NCBI GenBank assembly: GCA_013239625.1
Contig: MU054187.1
Span: 14,108,974 to 14,172,973, forward strand
Reading direction: 5' to 3'
DNA: 64,000 bases
Source: Lama guanicoe
Lineage: Eukaryota
A program made the translations under genes and the position numbers. The notes beneath the pieces are model-generated. The model worked only from the letters and a program-made list of their open reading frames with translations. It searched no databases and had not been told where the DNA came from. Below, piece after piece: positions 24,391-38,482 of this stretch. The first letter of the stretch is position 1; every line of letters begins with the position of its first letter.

Positions 24391-26066
24391 GCCTTGGGCG
24401 AGTTCCTCCTCCTTCCTAAATTAAGCTCAACACTGAAACAGACTCTGGTCTGCTCACGTCATAAGTAAGGAGCCAAAGCACTGATGGAGACTCCAGGGTG
24501 GGAAGGAGAGCCCGCAGAAGGCCAGGAGCAAAATCAGAAACTCCCAGAGCCAAACACATAAGAAATTCTGAACCTGGACCGGAGTGGTCTGGGCTCTCCT
24601 GGCAATGGTGGCCCAGAAGGCTGTCCACTGGCTGGGGGGCTGCTTTCTGCACCTTCAGGTTTCGAGGATCCCAGCTTCTCCTGGGAGCCACAGTCTGTCA
24701 AGTCCTTTTTAATCCATGGATTACTCCTGCCAGTACCATGTCTTGAAAGTAACAAGCTTCTTTAATTTCACTATCCGTGGCATGAAGTAGTATTTCCTTT
24801 TATTTGAGCCCAATTTCCCTCACTCAAGAATTTCAGAATATGGTGGAAAAAAATCTGCGTTCATCTTATGTGTGCCACCCGTGGACCTACTGTTTCAGTC
24901 GGTCTCCTTCCCTTCAGCTTTTGGACTCATCTGTCTGTGGACACTTCCCCTCTCAGAATGACCACTGGACTCTCCCTAGGCCCGTTTGCCGCCCGGCGAG
25001 TTGTGCAACCAGAACTAGACACACTAGTCTCAGTCTTCAGGTACCAAACGGTAGTATAAAAGCTTTTTTTTTCTAATGCTTTTCTCGATGATGCCAAACA
25101 CACCTCCCTACACCACCACCTCCCCCCCCCAACCCCAGACACACACAGCAGGAGCAACAGCAAATTAAGCTAAAAGCCAGACTACTTCACTTTGTAAATA
25201 TAGTCTGGATTATTTCTTCTGAATGTCTTTGCTAATCTTCATGGAGTGTCTCCTTGGTTAATCACAGACACTCAAGCCTTCCTCTGTGTAATCTGGCCCT
25301 GCCTGCCTGGCTCTTGGCCACCTAACAGTTGAAGGCCACCCACGACAAAGCACTTTCTCCCTCACGTTGTTAAGTTCAAATAGCCCTCATCATTCCTAAG
25401 GAAATATTTTTCTCGCACTTGACCCACAGCCGTACCATTCATGTGTAGCTTCTGTTTCTTGACAATCTCTGGAGGAAAAATAAAACAGTTCCTTTACACA
25501 CACACACACACACGTACAATCTCAGGGTGACACAATTTTAAATGTAAATCATCTCCCTCTTTCTCTCTCCTTATGTATACCCCTTCCCCAGGACCCTGTC
25601 AAAACTTCTTTGGAAGTCAAATGAGACCATGTTGCCCCAGCACCTACAGCACCAGTAAAATGATCAAGTATTTGTTTCCTCCTGCAGAAGCCATGTTATC
25701 TGGCCCCTGGTCATTTTCTTTTTTTTTCCTTTTGAGACATTAACTGGACAAGTCCATGAAATGCTAGCAAGACAGTGAAAGGAGCAGTCACCTTAGAAAA
25801 ACAGAATTTTATACACCCTGCAAACCTAGGAAAAAAGGGAATCAAAATCAAGAAGATAATGATGCTTTTTCTGGTTAGTAAGTTTCCAAGTGAGTTCTTT
25901 TCTTCTTTTGCGTATTTCTACATTTTCTGAGTTTTCTGCAACAAACATGTATTTTGTAGTCAGAGAAGTGTTACTTTTAAAAAGGACAGGTGGATAGGCC
26001 CCAGGTGACACTGCCCTCTGAAGCCACGGATAACATCCCCCAGGTGGAACAATCTGTCACTTTTTT

Positions 26067-26195
26067 ACTTAAAAATATTTGGGGGGGGTGGAATTAAGTA
26101 TCTATTTATTTATTTTATATGGAAGTACTGAGGATTGAACCCAGGACCCCATGCATGCTAAGCGTGCACTCTACCACTGAGCTATACCTTCCCCC
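26067..26195 (-). mobile_element. vic-1-like SINE with degenerate TSD
   Basis: ggattgaacccaggaccccatgcatgctaagcgtgcactctaccactgagctataccttcccc; flanks aacaatctgtcactttttt and aacaattggtcaatttttt. Confidence 0.85.
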
Positions 26196-26399
26196 AACAA
26201 TTGGTCAATTTTTTTGACAAACGTTCATAAGTGACACTGTGATAGTTCTTGGGATTGCGAAGAGTGGGACACATTTTTTTGCCCTTGAGGGGCACACAGC
26301 TGATGGAGAAAGACGACTCACTCACTTTACCTCTATTTATCAGGAAGGTCCACAGCTTCTCATTAAAGCCTCATTTCTCGGAGGCAGTAAAAACATAAT

Positions 26400-26620
26400 G
26401 TTTAAATGTGTGGGTGGACCTAGAGTTCCTGGGTTCAAATCTTGCTTTATCACTTATTAGCTGTGTGACTTTGGACAAATTGCCTGACCTCTCTGTGCTC
26501 TGGTTACCTTGACTGTAAAATGAGACCAAAAGCCAAGAATACCACAGTGGACTGTGAGATTAAGTAAGTTTAGAGCTGTGAGGTGCCTGGGAGAGAATGG
26601 CCCGGCCCAGAGTAAATGCT
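26400..26620 (+). mobile_element. MIR SINE
   Basis: cctgggttcaaatcttgctttatcacttattagctgtgtgactttggacaaattgcctgacctctctgtg...ctgtaaaatgag. Confidence 0.75.
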
Positions 26621-27590
26621 TACCCTCCGGGGCTGCACACCCAGGGCTGCAGCCAAATCATGTCAGATACTGGCGCCAGGCCCTGCTCGTTATTCCTGCA
26701 CAGACAAAGGCTGGGAAGCCACATGCTGTCTCTCAGGGCTCTATGGCTCCAGTAAATCCTTGACTTTCTAAATCATTGTAGGCTGTGACATCCTTTTTTT
26801 GGGGACTGAGTTTTGAAGCCCACATCTTCCAGAATATTTTCCCTTCTCCCTCCAGATACGATGTCAGCAGATTTTGGCCAGTTGGTTTCTTAGATTCCCC
26901 ATAAATCTAGGAGAAGAGATTGGCCTATAAAGACTACTCAATTTTTTGTCCTGTTCCACTTGGGTTAATTATTTCTCTTTCCTTAAGTGGCTCATCCAAG
27001 ATCCAGTGCAACCTTGCACTTCTAGAATCTTTGAATGCAGACTGTAGGTGATGACTTAGAGACTGAGTGCTATGAGCCTGATAGGCAAGCCTTCCAAGAA
27101 GTTCTTTCAGGGCTGGGGAACTTGGACCTGTCCCCTCCTTTGCCCCTCCACATCCTTGATCAGGTTCAGCCAGTGGAGAATTTTCTTTTTTGGGGGGTGG
27201 GGGTAGGGTGGTTTTGGAGACACATTAGTGCTGTGGAAACCCATGCCATCATCATGAGATGTTCTGAGCTGATTAGTTTCAAAACTGATTTTTTTTTTTG
27301 GAGTGTCTGTAGATTCAAATTTTTAATTCTAACTGAGCAAAAAAAAAATCACCCAAACAGCAAAAACCCCAAACCTTTCTATTTAGAAAAAAAAGTGCCA
27401 GTATTTCATCTCTTAACTACATCAAAAAATAATACACTTATCAAGATGAAAGAATTAGAAGGTATAGAATGAAGACATGCTTTGTTCTACTGACACAGTT
27501 ACGTTTTCATTCACATTTAATGCAATTTCAGTCGAAAGGCTTCAGGCAGCATCAATAGGTAACATAATGTTGGACAGGAAGGAAATGAGA

Positions 27591-27825
27591 GGTGGGGAGG
27601 GATAAATTGGGAGTTTGGAATTTGTAGGTACTAAATACTGCATATAAAATAGATAAACAACAAGGTCCTACTGTATAGCACAGGGAAATATATTCAATAC
27701 CCTGTAATAGCCTATAATGAAAAACAATATGAAAAAGAATATATATATGTATAACTGAATCACTATGCTGTACACCAGAGATACAACATTGTAAATTGAC
27801 TATACTTCAATTAAAAAAAAAAGAA
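27591..27825 (+). mobile_element. 5'-truncated young L1 3' end with 13-bp TSD
   Basis: L1 3' UTR ending tatacttcaattaaaaaaaaaa; perfect TSD gaaggaaatgaga at 27578-27590 and 27826-27838. Confidence 0.85.
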
Positions 27826-30299
27826 GAAGGAAATGAGATTCTAAGAGGCAGAGTGGTTCTATGTACATAGAGTAACTGGGGGCTCTGGCTGCAGAACCTT
27901 GATTTACCTAGGAATAACTAAAAGCTATGAATTGGCACAAACAGATGGGGCTTGTGGCAGCCTGAAGTCAGGCAGTCGTGGGTTCAGACTGCGCTCGGCT
28001 GTCCACCCATGTTAACTTTGTGATGGAAGCGCCCTCTGAAAGCCCCAGCTCCTGCAGCTGGAAACACAGGAGCATCACGCCTTTTCCCAAACCCCGGAAT
28101 CTGCACGGTCGGGCCCCTTGTCCAGGGCTGAGGAGCCGAGCATGTTGGCTGTGTCCTGCCCCTCACTCTCACCCTCAGCTCTGAAGCACGAGCAGGCTCG
28201 CCAAGTGGCCAACTTTCAACTGTCTCTATTTTCTTGCTGCCTTCCCCCCAAACTCCAGGTGCAGAGAATTAACCACCGAGGAGCATTTTCCATCCCGAGG
28301 CTGTTTCTGCCTAGGCCTGCAAGGGCCTCCGTTAACTCCCCGGGGAAGGGCACTTAAGGCCCCCGAAAATGCTCCTTTAAAAAAATTCTACCAGACACTG
28401 TCTCCTTCTCTGGCTTGGGTTCCTTTGTCCACCGCACACAGCTCTTCCTAGGCTCCAAGTGGCTGGGATTTCTTTCTGAGCTCTCCTGGGGATGGTAAGG
28501 TCATCTCCTTTCTGCTATTACTTCCCCAATAAATCCCCACTCTGCAATGATAGGCTCTTTGTTTCAGTATATCTACCTCCTGGACTGAAAATAAGGGGTC
28601 TATTTTTGACCAAATAGAGACTTGGAGGATTCTGCAATCCCTCTTAGTGCTGTTAGGGCTCACAAAAAAGCCAGTTTTCCACATGACACTCACCTATCAA
28701 GGTGTGTTCACTGACTGTCCTGTTCACCAGGTGAGCCTCAGGGCCTAGGCTACGCTGCTGCGGGTCACACTGAACAGACACGGGGCGCTTTCCTCCTGGA
28801 ATTCCTCTTCTCCTCGTTTATTCTCTGGGACTAGGCTTGCCCATTACTTCCTCTGGGAAGTCTCCCCTGAATTCCTCTGGGCTCCTGAGCTGTTCCTCTC
28901 TGCCCTCTTGGATTCATTATTTTGACACTGAGCCTATTTGCAAATGGTTTTGTGTGTGTGTGTTTCCCTGCTCAACTATGAACTTCCAGAGGGCAGAGAC
29001 GTGTCTTCACCATCTTTGTATCCCTGTGCTTATCACAGACGGGCCCATTATCTGAACTACAGGAATTCTGTATTTACCTTTAAGATGTAGGCAGATCCCT
29101 GGAGAGAAAATATTTAGTGAAAGAGGCTGCATAGTGAAAAGGCTTCCCTTGCATGATCCAGGTAACTGGGGCAAACAGCTGTTTAGGGAGGATGTTGCGA
29201 GGAGGGAGCTGGGGACGCCTGGCTGAAGGATACTGAGTTTCCTAGGTAACTGAATCTTCACCTTACTTTAGTAATAACGTACCCTGGCCTTGAGCAGGAA
29301 AGGGAAAGAAGTGTATCAAAAAGATCAATATTCACAGGTAAATCATTAGCCTTCAATCAGGATTTGAAAATTTGTCATCTGTGTTCTTTCAGCAGCAGGC
29401 CTGGGTGGCTGTCCTGCCATGACTAGTGGCCTCTCCTGGCAGAAAAGAGGCAGAAGGGCTCCTCCTCTCTCTCTCTCTACGCAGCATCTGGTTCCCCAGG
29501 TAATGACACAGCCCTGCAGACTCCTCTTCCAGGAAGGTGCTGAGGCTCTCACAACACCAGTATCCTTGAGGTCAGATCCTAATGATGTATGGCTTTGGAG
29601 TGACGTAATTATCAGGGAGCAGGGCTAATTTTATTTCCAGGGCTGGCTTCTCTCAGATACGCCTTGTTCTTAAAGACTATACTCACCATGTCTTCCGTAG
29701 CCTTTTACTTTAATTAAATCATCATATATTGAGCCCATACCAGGGGCTGTGATACTGTGGGAAATTTAAAGATGAAAAAGACAGACCCTAACGGAAAATC
29801 AGCAAGATTAAAACCTACTGGGAGACCTGAGACAAAAATCTTTATCATGCTGTTTGGATACAAATGACTTCGAAGAACAGATCGAATGCCTCCTAGGAGA
29901 AAGGGGCCGTGCGACATGCGGGAGTCCAGGTGAGCACAGCCGTGGTCCTCCCCGAATTTGTTCTTCAGAAGAAAGCACCCTCCCAGAGCAAGCCCTTGGT
30001 GCCTAATTCCTCATTCCTTCCCTCATCACCTGTCACTAGGCCCGTAAGATCCCTGAGGGTTAACAGAATGAAGGCGGAGGAACCTGGCCCAGGAGCGTGG
30101 CCCTGGGACCTGTCAGTGCCATATCTCCAGGTGGGAGGTGGCCCTACCGAGTTGGAGCTCCTGAGCAGGGAATTTATTCAGCAGAGGACCCTTCCGGAAC
30201 ACAGGGCTCCGGCCCCTTCCACCAAGGCTCTGGTAGGGAGGTGGGCTTTGGAGTGGCCTACCTAGATGGAGAGGACTGGGAGACCGCTGGATGGAGGGG

Positions 30300-31250
30300 G
30301 CTGCGGGGCCCTAGGATTTAGAGTTTGGGGTGCACCCAGAGAGAGGGGGCTAGAGGATCCTAGGACGAAGAGAGCTAGGTGTACCTGGATGGAGGGGTCT
30401 GGGGTAGGCCGGGATAGAGGGACCGGGGGCGCCTGGCTCTGGGGCTGCGGTCCTCGGTGTGGGACCCCCGTGCCCCTTGGCTTCGGACGAACGGCCAGCT
30501 CTCGTCCTGCCACCCACCTGGGCACGCCCTGGCGTAGTCGAAGCAGCAGTCGCCGGTGATGAGGCAGGCTTGGTCGCAGAAGCACGTCCCGTAGACTCTG
30601 TCCAGCCTCCAGCCGTGGACGAAGCAGGCGGGGTCTCGGCCGGGGCAGCAGCGCCCCGAGTCGGCGCAGCCGGCCAGGGCCCCGGGCCACAGCCGCGCCA
30701 GCGCGCACAGCGCCATCCACAGGGTCCTCATGGCCCGCGCTCCGCAGACCTTCGGGGCAAGTGCTGTGCTCCGGGGAGAGGCCCGGCCCTGCCCCGCGGC
30801 CGGCCCCCGCCCTCCCGCGCAGCCCCTCCCCAGCCCGGGCGGCGCGCCCACCAGTCCCAACTCGCGGCACGCCGCCCCGGCCCGCGGGGACCGCCCCGAG
30901 GCAGGGGAAAGCAGGTGCGCCGGGATCCCAGCGGCCCAGCGAGCGGCGGGGCCCGCCAGCAGCGCCGCCAGGGCGGCCACATCCCCTGGCTCCAAGCTCG
31001 GTTTCCTGGCGTCGGCGGACACGTTAGCCGGTGGGCACTTTTGACTCTAAAGCCAGAAGCCGAGTTGATGTGCACACGCGGAGTTCAGCCGCACGATGCG
31101 CGGGGGTCACCCTGACTTCGCCCAGGAAACCCATGCTGTACTTCTCCTGGGACACCAGTTCCACACGACCCCCGCCCCACCCCCACGTCCCGGGCCACAA
31201 AATCGAGAGATAAGATCGAAGAAACATCCTTCCTTTCCGCCTCATTTTAT
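30300..31250 (-). promoter_or_regulatory. SBSPON: SBSPON promoter CpG island
   Basis: Very high GC and CpG density spanning exon 1 and ~500 bp upstream, with GC-box-like motifs. Confidence 0.85.
30518..30731 (-). CDS. SBSPON: SBSPON coding exon 1 (signal peptide + somatomedin-B domain)
   Basis: ATG at 30731 in a good Kozak context (gccATG); encodes MRTLWMALCALARLWPGALAGCADSGRCCPGRDPACFVHGWRLDRVYGTCFCDQACLITGDCCFDYARACP; SMB pattern CxCDxxCxxxGDCCxDY; donor G|gtgggt; 214 nt. Confidence 0.97.
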
Positions 31251-32738
31251 GATGGGACTTTCCTGCCCCGGGAAAATGACACTTTGCTTCGCTGACGAGG
31301 CAATTAATGAACGTGGAAGAAAGGAGACATAGAATATAAACAGTGCTCTGCTTTCTGTTAAAACAGAATTTCTTTGGGGAAATGATACTTTAGAAATAGC
31401 TTTCACTTTAATCATGTGCCTGCCTAACTTTCCATAGACATTCTCTTCCACCATTCTCTCCAAATATATTATATGCACCTCGCCCTTTTTGTTAACCAAA
31501 AATCATCCTGGAAGTTTCATTTGATGTTACATTCTTAAATCATTTAAACTATTTAATGGTTTTTGTGAGAAACCAGGAATATAAAGTTTCTGTATCTGTG
31601 AATCTGAGAAATTTAAGTAACTTCAGAGCTAATTTTTTTCCTTTCTCGTATAAACGTTTCTCAAAGAGGAATTTCCTTTCCTCTTCAGAGAGAAAAGTAA
31701 CAAAAGAGAGGGGGAAAAAAGCTTTGTTGCAAAAGTAATAAAACAATGGAATTATCAAATATAAAAAATAAGTAAAATAGATGTGAAATGACAAAGATTG
31801 AATATATTATAAGAATTGTATCTTATGAACTGTAATCACAGATGAAATGTGACAAATGGACAATACAATCTTTTCTCACTGTCCAAGGAAAATGCACTCT
31901 AAAATCAAAAAGAAATCCTTTCTTTGTGATTATTTATAGTAATAAATCTCAGACTTGGAGACATTTTTGTTTTCCTCTTTGAGTTAATCTTTCTTACTTT
32001 TTGCAATTTAATTAAATAATATATACTTTATTTTTTGTATTTTTAGTTCTTGGTAGTTGGTGCTAAATAACTTTGTCAGCAAATTATGTCCTCTGCCTTT
32101 ACCTGTGTTGCAGGTTTTATTAGCAGCTTTGGACTAGCTGATTCACGTAATTGATCTCCCACGTGTTCACGAAGGCTGTCTGCTTTATGGAATGCCTTTA
32201 GCTAGAGACTTGTTCTGTAATGCCCTAAGAACCTGGACTTGTTCCAGGAAAATGTAAAGGAAAATGATCCACCAACAAGTTCATTTCCAGATACAGAAAG
32301 TAGAAGAAGATGACCTCCGGCTTAAGAGGATTAAAAATATTATGCCAAATGCTTGCTCAAATACTTTCCCCCACCCTTTTCCACCTTTATACTCAGACAA
32401 AAATCAAAAGCTAAAATCCAAGCAAAAAGTTAGGGGGTCTGTGCTCAGGGGGTTTGGGTCCAATTCTGATTCTACGATCTTGGACAAATCGCCTCAGTGT
32501 CCTCATTTCAAATATGGAATACTAAACTCTCTCAGATGGCCGTGAGTTGTTTCTAGAAATGAGGTGATGTGTGTAAATAGTGCACCAAGTGGCCCTAAAT
32601 ATCTGCTAGGTCATGTCCTATTGCCCACCCCACTCCCACTTCATAATTTAAGCCTAAAGCCAAGTAAAAGACAAACTCAGTTTTAACAGTATGCAAAGTA
32701 GGGGAAAGTGCGAAGTTAAAAAGAGGAAACCTCGAATA

Positions 32739-32945
32739 CAGTCATCCCTCAGTATGGGGGGGGGGCGGGGAATTGGTTCCAGGACCCTCCTCCCCACCTC
32801 CCCTGTAAATACCAAACTCCGAGATACTCAAGTCCCTTATGTAAAATGGCAGTTACCCCCTCCATTTCTCCCTCCCCCATGTTCACAGGTTCTGCATCCT
32901 CAGATTCAACCAACCGCTAGTGGAATGTGGAACCCGGATGCTAGT
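32739..32945. mobile_element. MER2-like Tigger-family element
   Basis: ta|cagtcatccctcagtat...attggttccaggaccc...ataccaaactccgagatactcaagtcccttatgtaaaatggc. Confidence 0.7.
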
Positions 32946-33766
32946 GATTACTTATCACCAAATGTAAAACGGAGCTTGTCTGTGGTGACATTGAAAGAAA
33001 CTCACAATTTCAAGTTAAAGCTTGCACTGTCTTGAAAACAGTTCCCCTAGCAGGCCCTGGCAAAGGAAGTAGTTCCCGCCAGAAGGCAAAGTCAAGGGGA
33101 CACTGACATTTAAAGCAGTGGAGTTCACATTCCTACTGGAAACTGGGTGCAGTCAGAAGTAACAGTCACTTTGTTTCCCAGGTCTTAAAGATCTTTGGAG
33201 AACAGAAATCATTCCAGTGATCAAGTGGTGAATATAGGAAATAATCAAATGCACCTTAAATGAAACACCCTTTCTTCTGAAGTGTTGTCTTTGGAAGCTG
33301 TCCAAGATTGGTTAAAATTACAGAGGGGAAGGGAGGCCTCCTCTGTTCATCAGATTCCAGAATTCAGTCATTTTATAGGATGTCCACATATATGATCTCA
33401 TTCGACCTTGCATAACTGTGAGGAAAATGTTGGCATCCCCATTTTGCAGATGACAGAGATTAGACATGTAGCTAATTAGTGACAAAACCAGACTAGAACT
33501 AAAATTATTCCTTCCAAAGCATTGCAGAGTTCTTCCCATTACTTAAAACTTGGTGGAGGTGGGGAGATGGTAATGGAAAGTGAGGACAAGTAAGATTAAG
33601 TGCTGTACTAACCACTGTAACTAGGGGATGTGGAAATAAGAAGACCAATAATTTCCAAAAAGGTCTGGATATATTTAAGATGAATAGGGAGTTACTAAAG
33701 GCATCCAGGAAACTCTGAGGGCTGTAGAGGCAAACTCTTAGGGTTGACAGATAGAATATTTGATTC

Positions 33767-34513
33767 TTTTTTTTCCCCTTTCGGTTTAATTGAGATGTAA
33801 TGGACATACAGAACTGTATAAGTTTAAGGGGTAAAGCATAATGATTTGACTTAATACATCATGAAATCATGACCACAGTAAGTTTAATGAACATCCATCA
33901 TTTCGTACAGATGCAACATTAAAAAAGTAGAAAAAAAATTACCCTAGTGATGGGAACTCTTAGGATTTACTCTCATAACAACTTTCATATATAATATACA
34001 GCAGTGTTAATTATCTTTATCATGTTGTAGATTACATCCCTAGGACTTATTAATCTTATAATTAGAACTCTGTACCTTTCAATCCCCTTCATCCTATTCC
34101 TCCTTCTCCCACCTCTGGTCACCACGAATCTGATGTCTTTTCCTATGAGTTTTGTGTGTTTGTTTTTGATGTATAATTGACTTCAACACTAAGTTAGTTC
34201 CTGGTATACAACATAATGATTCGACATTTCTATACAGTTCAAAATCATCACCCTCATAAGTCTAGTTGCCATCTGTCAAAGCTACTACAAAATCATTGAC
34301 TGTATTCCCCACACTGTACATTTCATACCTTTGACTCAGTTATTTTGTAACTTGACATTTGTGTCTCTTAATCTCCCTCACCTATTCATCTCTTCCCCTA
34401 AACCCCCTCCCCTCTGGCAACCACCTGTTTTTCTCTGTATCTACAACTCTGTTTCTATTTAGTTATGCTATCATTTGTTCTGTTTTTGTTCTTGCTTTTA
34501 GATTCCATATCAA
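33767..34513 (-). mobile_element. L1MA-type 3' fragment with degenerate TSD
   Basis: Antisense L1 3' UTR motifs; flanks atagaatatttgattc (33751-33766) and ataggatagttgattc (34514-34529). Confidence 0.75.
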
Positions 34514-34719
34514 ATAGGATAGTTGATTCGTGGAAAGGTTTTGGGGCATCTATCAGAGGCAAACTATAGCATGAATGTCGATAATGTCATATTTTGTTAA
34601 ATATCGGACACCTCTAATTATAAGATTCATCATTATTTTATGTAATACTAAGAGACAGTACGTAAGACAAGACATTGTCAGTTAAAGTATGGAGTGTATT
34701 TAAACATGGATTGCAGTAT

Positions 34720-35045
34720 TGTCTTAGTCTGCTTGGGCTGTTATAACAAAATACCATCATAAATAACATTTATTCCCCACATGTCCAGAGTCCAAGATCA
34801 AGGTGCCAGATCAGTGTATGGTGGGAGTCTGCTCTCTGATTCATAGACAGTGCCTTCCAGCTGTAACCGCACTTGGCAAAAGGGCTAGGAGCTCCGTGGG
34901 GTCTCTTTCTTGGCAGCGCTGATCTCCTCGGTGAGGTCTTGTAACCTAAGCTCCTCCCAAAGGCCCTGCTTCCTGATACCGTCACCTTGCGCATGAGGTT
35001 TCAATATATGAATTTGGGGGAAGCATAAACATTCCGTCCATTGCA
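34720..35045 (-). mobile_element. MLT1A-like MaLR solo LTR, nested in a MER104/Kanga-like relic (~34590-35110)
   Basis: tgtcttagtctgcttgggctgttataacaaaatacc...agtccaagatcaaggtgcc...tttcaatatatgaatttggggg...cattgca; right flank gtttcagagatgtgaagatatgtgaaaatgtgcctcttagaatt is MER104-like. Confidence 0.75.
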
Positions 35046-37199
35046 AGAATGGACCTTGGTTTCAGAGATGTGAAGATATGTGAAAATGTGCCTCTTAGAA
35101 TTAGCGAAAAAAATCAAAAGAAACAACACTTTCATCACTTTATGTTCTATAACACGTGTTTCAGGAAATCCTACGAGGCAGATATGGTTAATTTTCTCAT
35201 TTTGTGGAAGGGGAGGTTCAGAGGAGCTAAGTGACCTCCCCAGCATTCTGGGGCTCAAGCTGAGCCCACCCCTCACAGCCGCACTGCTTCTTTGGCGGTA
35301 CTTAGTCCCTTTCTGTGGGTGAGATGCCCCTCCAGGCTGAGGGCCAAAGATGGGTAAAAACTGGTCCTTCCCTAAGGAGACTGAGGTCTCTTGGAGACAC
35401 TGGCCATGTAACAATCATCACCGAGTGTTATGTGACGAGGGCTATTCTAAAAGGGGGTGCTGGAGGTGCCTGGGATGACTGACAAGGGAACCGGGCAGCG
35501 AAGAGGAGACTGAACTTGGTTATAGAGGACTGGGTCACTGTTATTCCCTTACCTTCTCCCCGCAAAGTACAGATTTAGCCCCCAGGAAAATCTTGCATAT
35601 CGTTTAGGAATGTCTTGCCTGGATAGGCTGATACTTATTCATCTAAAAATGCTTAACATGCAGGCAGGAATCCCAAGATACTTGTTAGAGATTGGTATGC
35701 ATCATGTACCTTCAACAATTCCTCCCCTACCACTTTATAACAAGCAGCCAAGGACACCATTATCAGCGTTTATGCTGCCAATTTTATAATGTTGATCCTA
35801 TCAATTAAATAAACATGGAGGGGATACCAAGGTGGGAAGGTAAATGCACTGGTTGCCTATAAAATATTAATTCTTCCCTTCTTTTCTTACAGCCCCCAGA
35901 TTTTCCTTTGGGGGGACCCCCCTTCCCTCTGTTATGTGACAGCAGTTCATTTGGGGTGGATTAACCTCACTCCTAGCTCTAGTGATGGGTTCTGAGGGTT
36001 AATTCCATCCTCAGCCTACGGACTAGTCCAGGGATTGGTCCAATCAGAGCCCCAGGATTGAGATGTTTGCTCCTTCAATGGATGATCTGCTTTCACATTT
36101 GCCTTCCTCGGATGTGCCAGAGGACACATGTGGCCTGTATGAAGCCACCTGAGATCTTAGCCAACAAGCAAAGGAAGGCAGAGGAGGGGGTCACAGGGCT
36201 CTGACTGAATGACACTTGACATCAATTTCTGTGGCTTAAATTAAACAAAAGCACCCCACAGAGCGACGTGGAAAGTAAGGAGCTCAAGTTTTAAAGAGAA
36301 CAGTCGTTTAGTGCTGTGGCTCTATCACTTACTAGCTATGGAACATTGTAAATCTTTCAAGTCTCAGTTTCCCTACCTGTAAAGTGGAGATAAAGAAGGA
36401 AAGGATTCATTAACGTCTAGTTTGATTCCTGATATATAAGAATAAGTTGGTAATTAATGATAATTTTTATACTTGTTCTCTGGACTTTAACACAAAAGGC
36501 ACACTTTAATTATAAGTGATAAAATTCCCTTTCATAAACTATTCATATTCATATTCGTGACCTGTCAGGCTATAAGGTACAATTGCAACAGCTTTGCACC
36601 AGGAGTCCAAAGACCTGGCTCCTAGAATACTGCCAATGAGTGATCATGGGCTGTTCGTTTAGGATCTCCAGACCTCGATTTCTCTTATATGATTTGAAGC
36701 TATGAGCCAAGAAAATCTCCAATGACCCTTTTAGCTCAAAAATTCTAATATTCAACTTATGTAGCAATATAAGTCATGAGAGAGAGATCTCCCACGCTTT
36801 CTTTGACCCTCATAGAAGCTGCAAGGAACACAGTTGAAATCACTCTGCAGAGTCCCAGTCTCTCCAGGCTGAGATCAGAAGGGCTTATTTGGAGACAGAC
36901 ATTTACGTCCACAGATTAATTACAAATTCATCCTAGATGCTTGCATGGATGTGTATGAGTCATGAAGATTATTGTAGAATGACATGGTTTTAAAAAAATC
37001 TGATTTAGGAGATGAGAATTATGGCCCATAACTCGCTAGCTGTATGAATCTGAAGAAAGCGTTTAATTTCTCTATGCTCCAGAATCTCACCTATCAAATC
37101 AAGTGTCTCGAGAAGCTTTGTGAGATCTCCAGTGGGTCCAACACTGATTCTGTGACTAAAATTGTCTAGTTCAGAGATAGATAAATTATGCCTATTTTT

Positions 37200-37472
37200 T
37201 TCAATGCCTATTTTTGTAAAGCTTGTGAGGTAAGAGGAAAAAGTTCTCAGAGATCTTTTGTGTGTCATGTGAAATTAAGTGAATGTCACATTTCAGTGTC
37301 TGTCAATAAAGTTTTATTGGAACGCAACCATGCTCATATTTTTACGTATTGTCTATGACTCTTTTCACTCTTACAGGCAGAGCTGAGCAGTTGCAGCAGA
37401 TAGAAACTGCGTGGCCTGCAAATCTGAAAACATTTACTACCTGGGCCTTTACAGAAAATGTCTGGCTGACCG
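37200..37472. mobile_element. MER58B-like hAT-Charlie element
   Basis: aataaagttttattggaacgcaaccatgctcat...aaaacatttactacctgggcctttacagaaaatgtctggctgacc. Confidence 0.75.
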
Positions 37473-38482
37473 CAAGTCAATAGCTCTAAAATTCTGTGAA
37501 CTAATATACTTAAAATGTTTTGCAAACTATACAGCATTCATCCACATGGAAGGGGTTCATGTGAAATGGAATTCTGAAATTAAAAAGGCACAGCCAGAAA
37601 CCCCTTGACCTGCAATCATTGTTCAGGTTGAAGCCATGGCTTGTGCCAAGGTAAGCCTGAGCTGCTAGGAAATACTATGAAATTGGAAGCAAAGCTTAAA
37701 AAGTAAAAAGGAGAAAATCATCTGGATGAAATTAAGGAAGTTGTGTAACTTACTCCTTTTATGGTAAAATAACCTTCTCTGATCCACAGCAGGGCTCTTT
37801 AGAGCAGATTGTTCTTTCTTCCTACACGCAGATCTCCCACTACGTCAGCTCAGCGAAGGGCAAGAGCCCCTTAAATCGCTGCCACGAGAGCCAGAGAGAA
37901 ATATGCCCGTTGGAAGGGGCAGAATGTTCCTGCTCCACTGGGTTCTGAGAAGTAAGTGGGGAACTAGCGCGCTCGCGGGCACGCCTGGCAGCCCATGTGG
38001 GTGTGAGGCGGTCCACACTGCATATCATCACTTTGACCTTGATCCCAGGCATTTGTTTGAGAGAAAACATGTTCTTTGCACGCTAAGCCTCCAGATACTC
38101 TGATTTCTAGGGAATAACAGAGCTACATCTATAAAGGCCTATTTGGTACCACAAACTCTCTCATATACTTAATGTATCTTATTTTATTAAAGCTTAAGAG
38201 GCAAGTATTACTGTTTATTTTTGACAGTTCAGAAAATTGAAGTTTGATGTGTTAAAGAATTTGTCCAAACTAAAGATATTTAAACATGTTCTGTGCAATT
38301 TCACAGATCTACATTTTTTTTCCTACTCAGAGAATTATGTAACCAACAACTGGATTTCTATTAAAACGTCACAGATTTTTTAAGACAACTATCTTGACAA
38401 ATAGTGCATAGTTAGACCATTGAAAAACCCGAAGGCAGTGAACCCCGTGGTAGCATTTTCTATTATCAGTTCCTTAAATTCT

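Noticed and set aside
24804..25076. ORF containing EKNLRS, reminiscent of the TERF1 Myb domain
   Set aside because: No further similarity on either side and it lies in SBSPON intron 1; chance match.
30732..31022. 97-codon in-frame upstream extension of SBSPON exon 1 (ORF 30375..31022)
   Set aside because: It starts at GTG, not ATG, in CpG-island DNA where stops are rare. The ATG at 30731 has a good Kozak context and begins the signal peptide.
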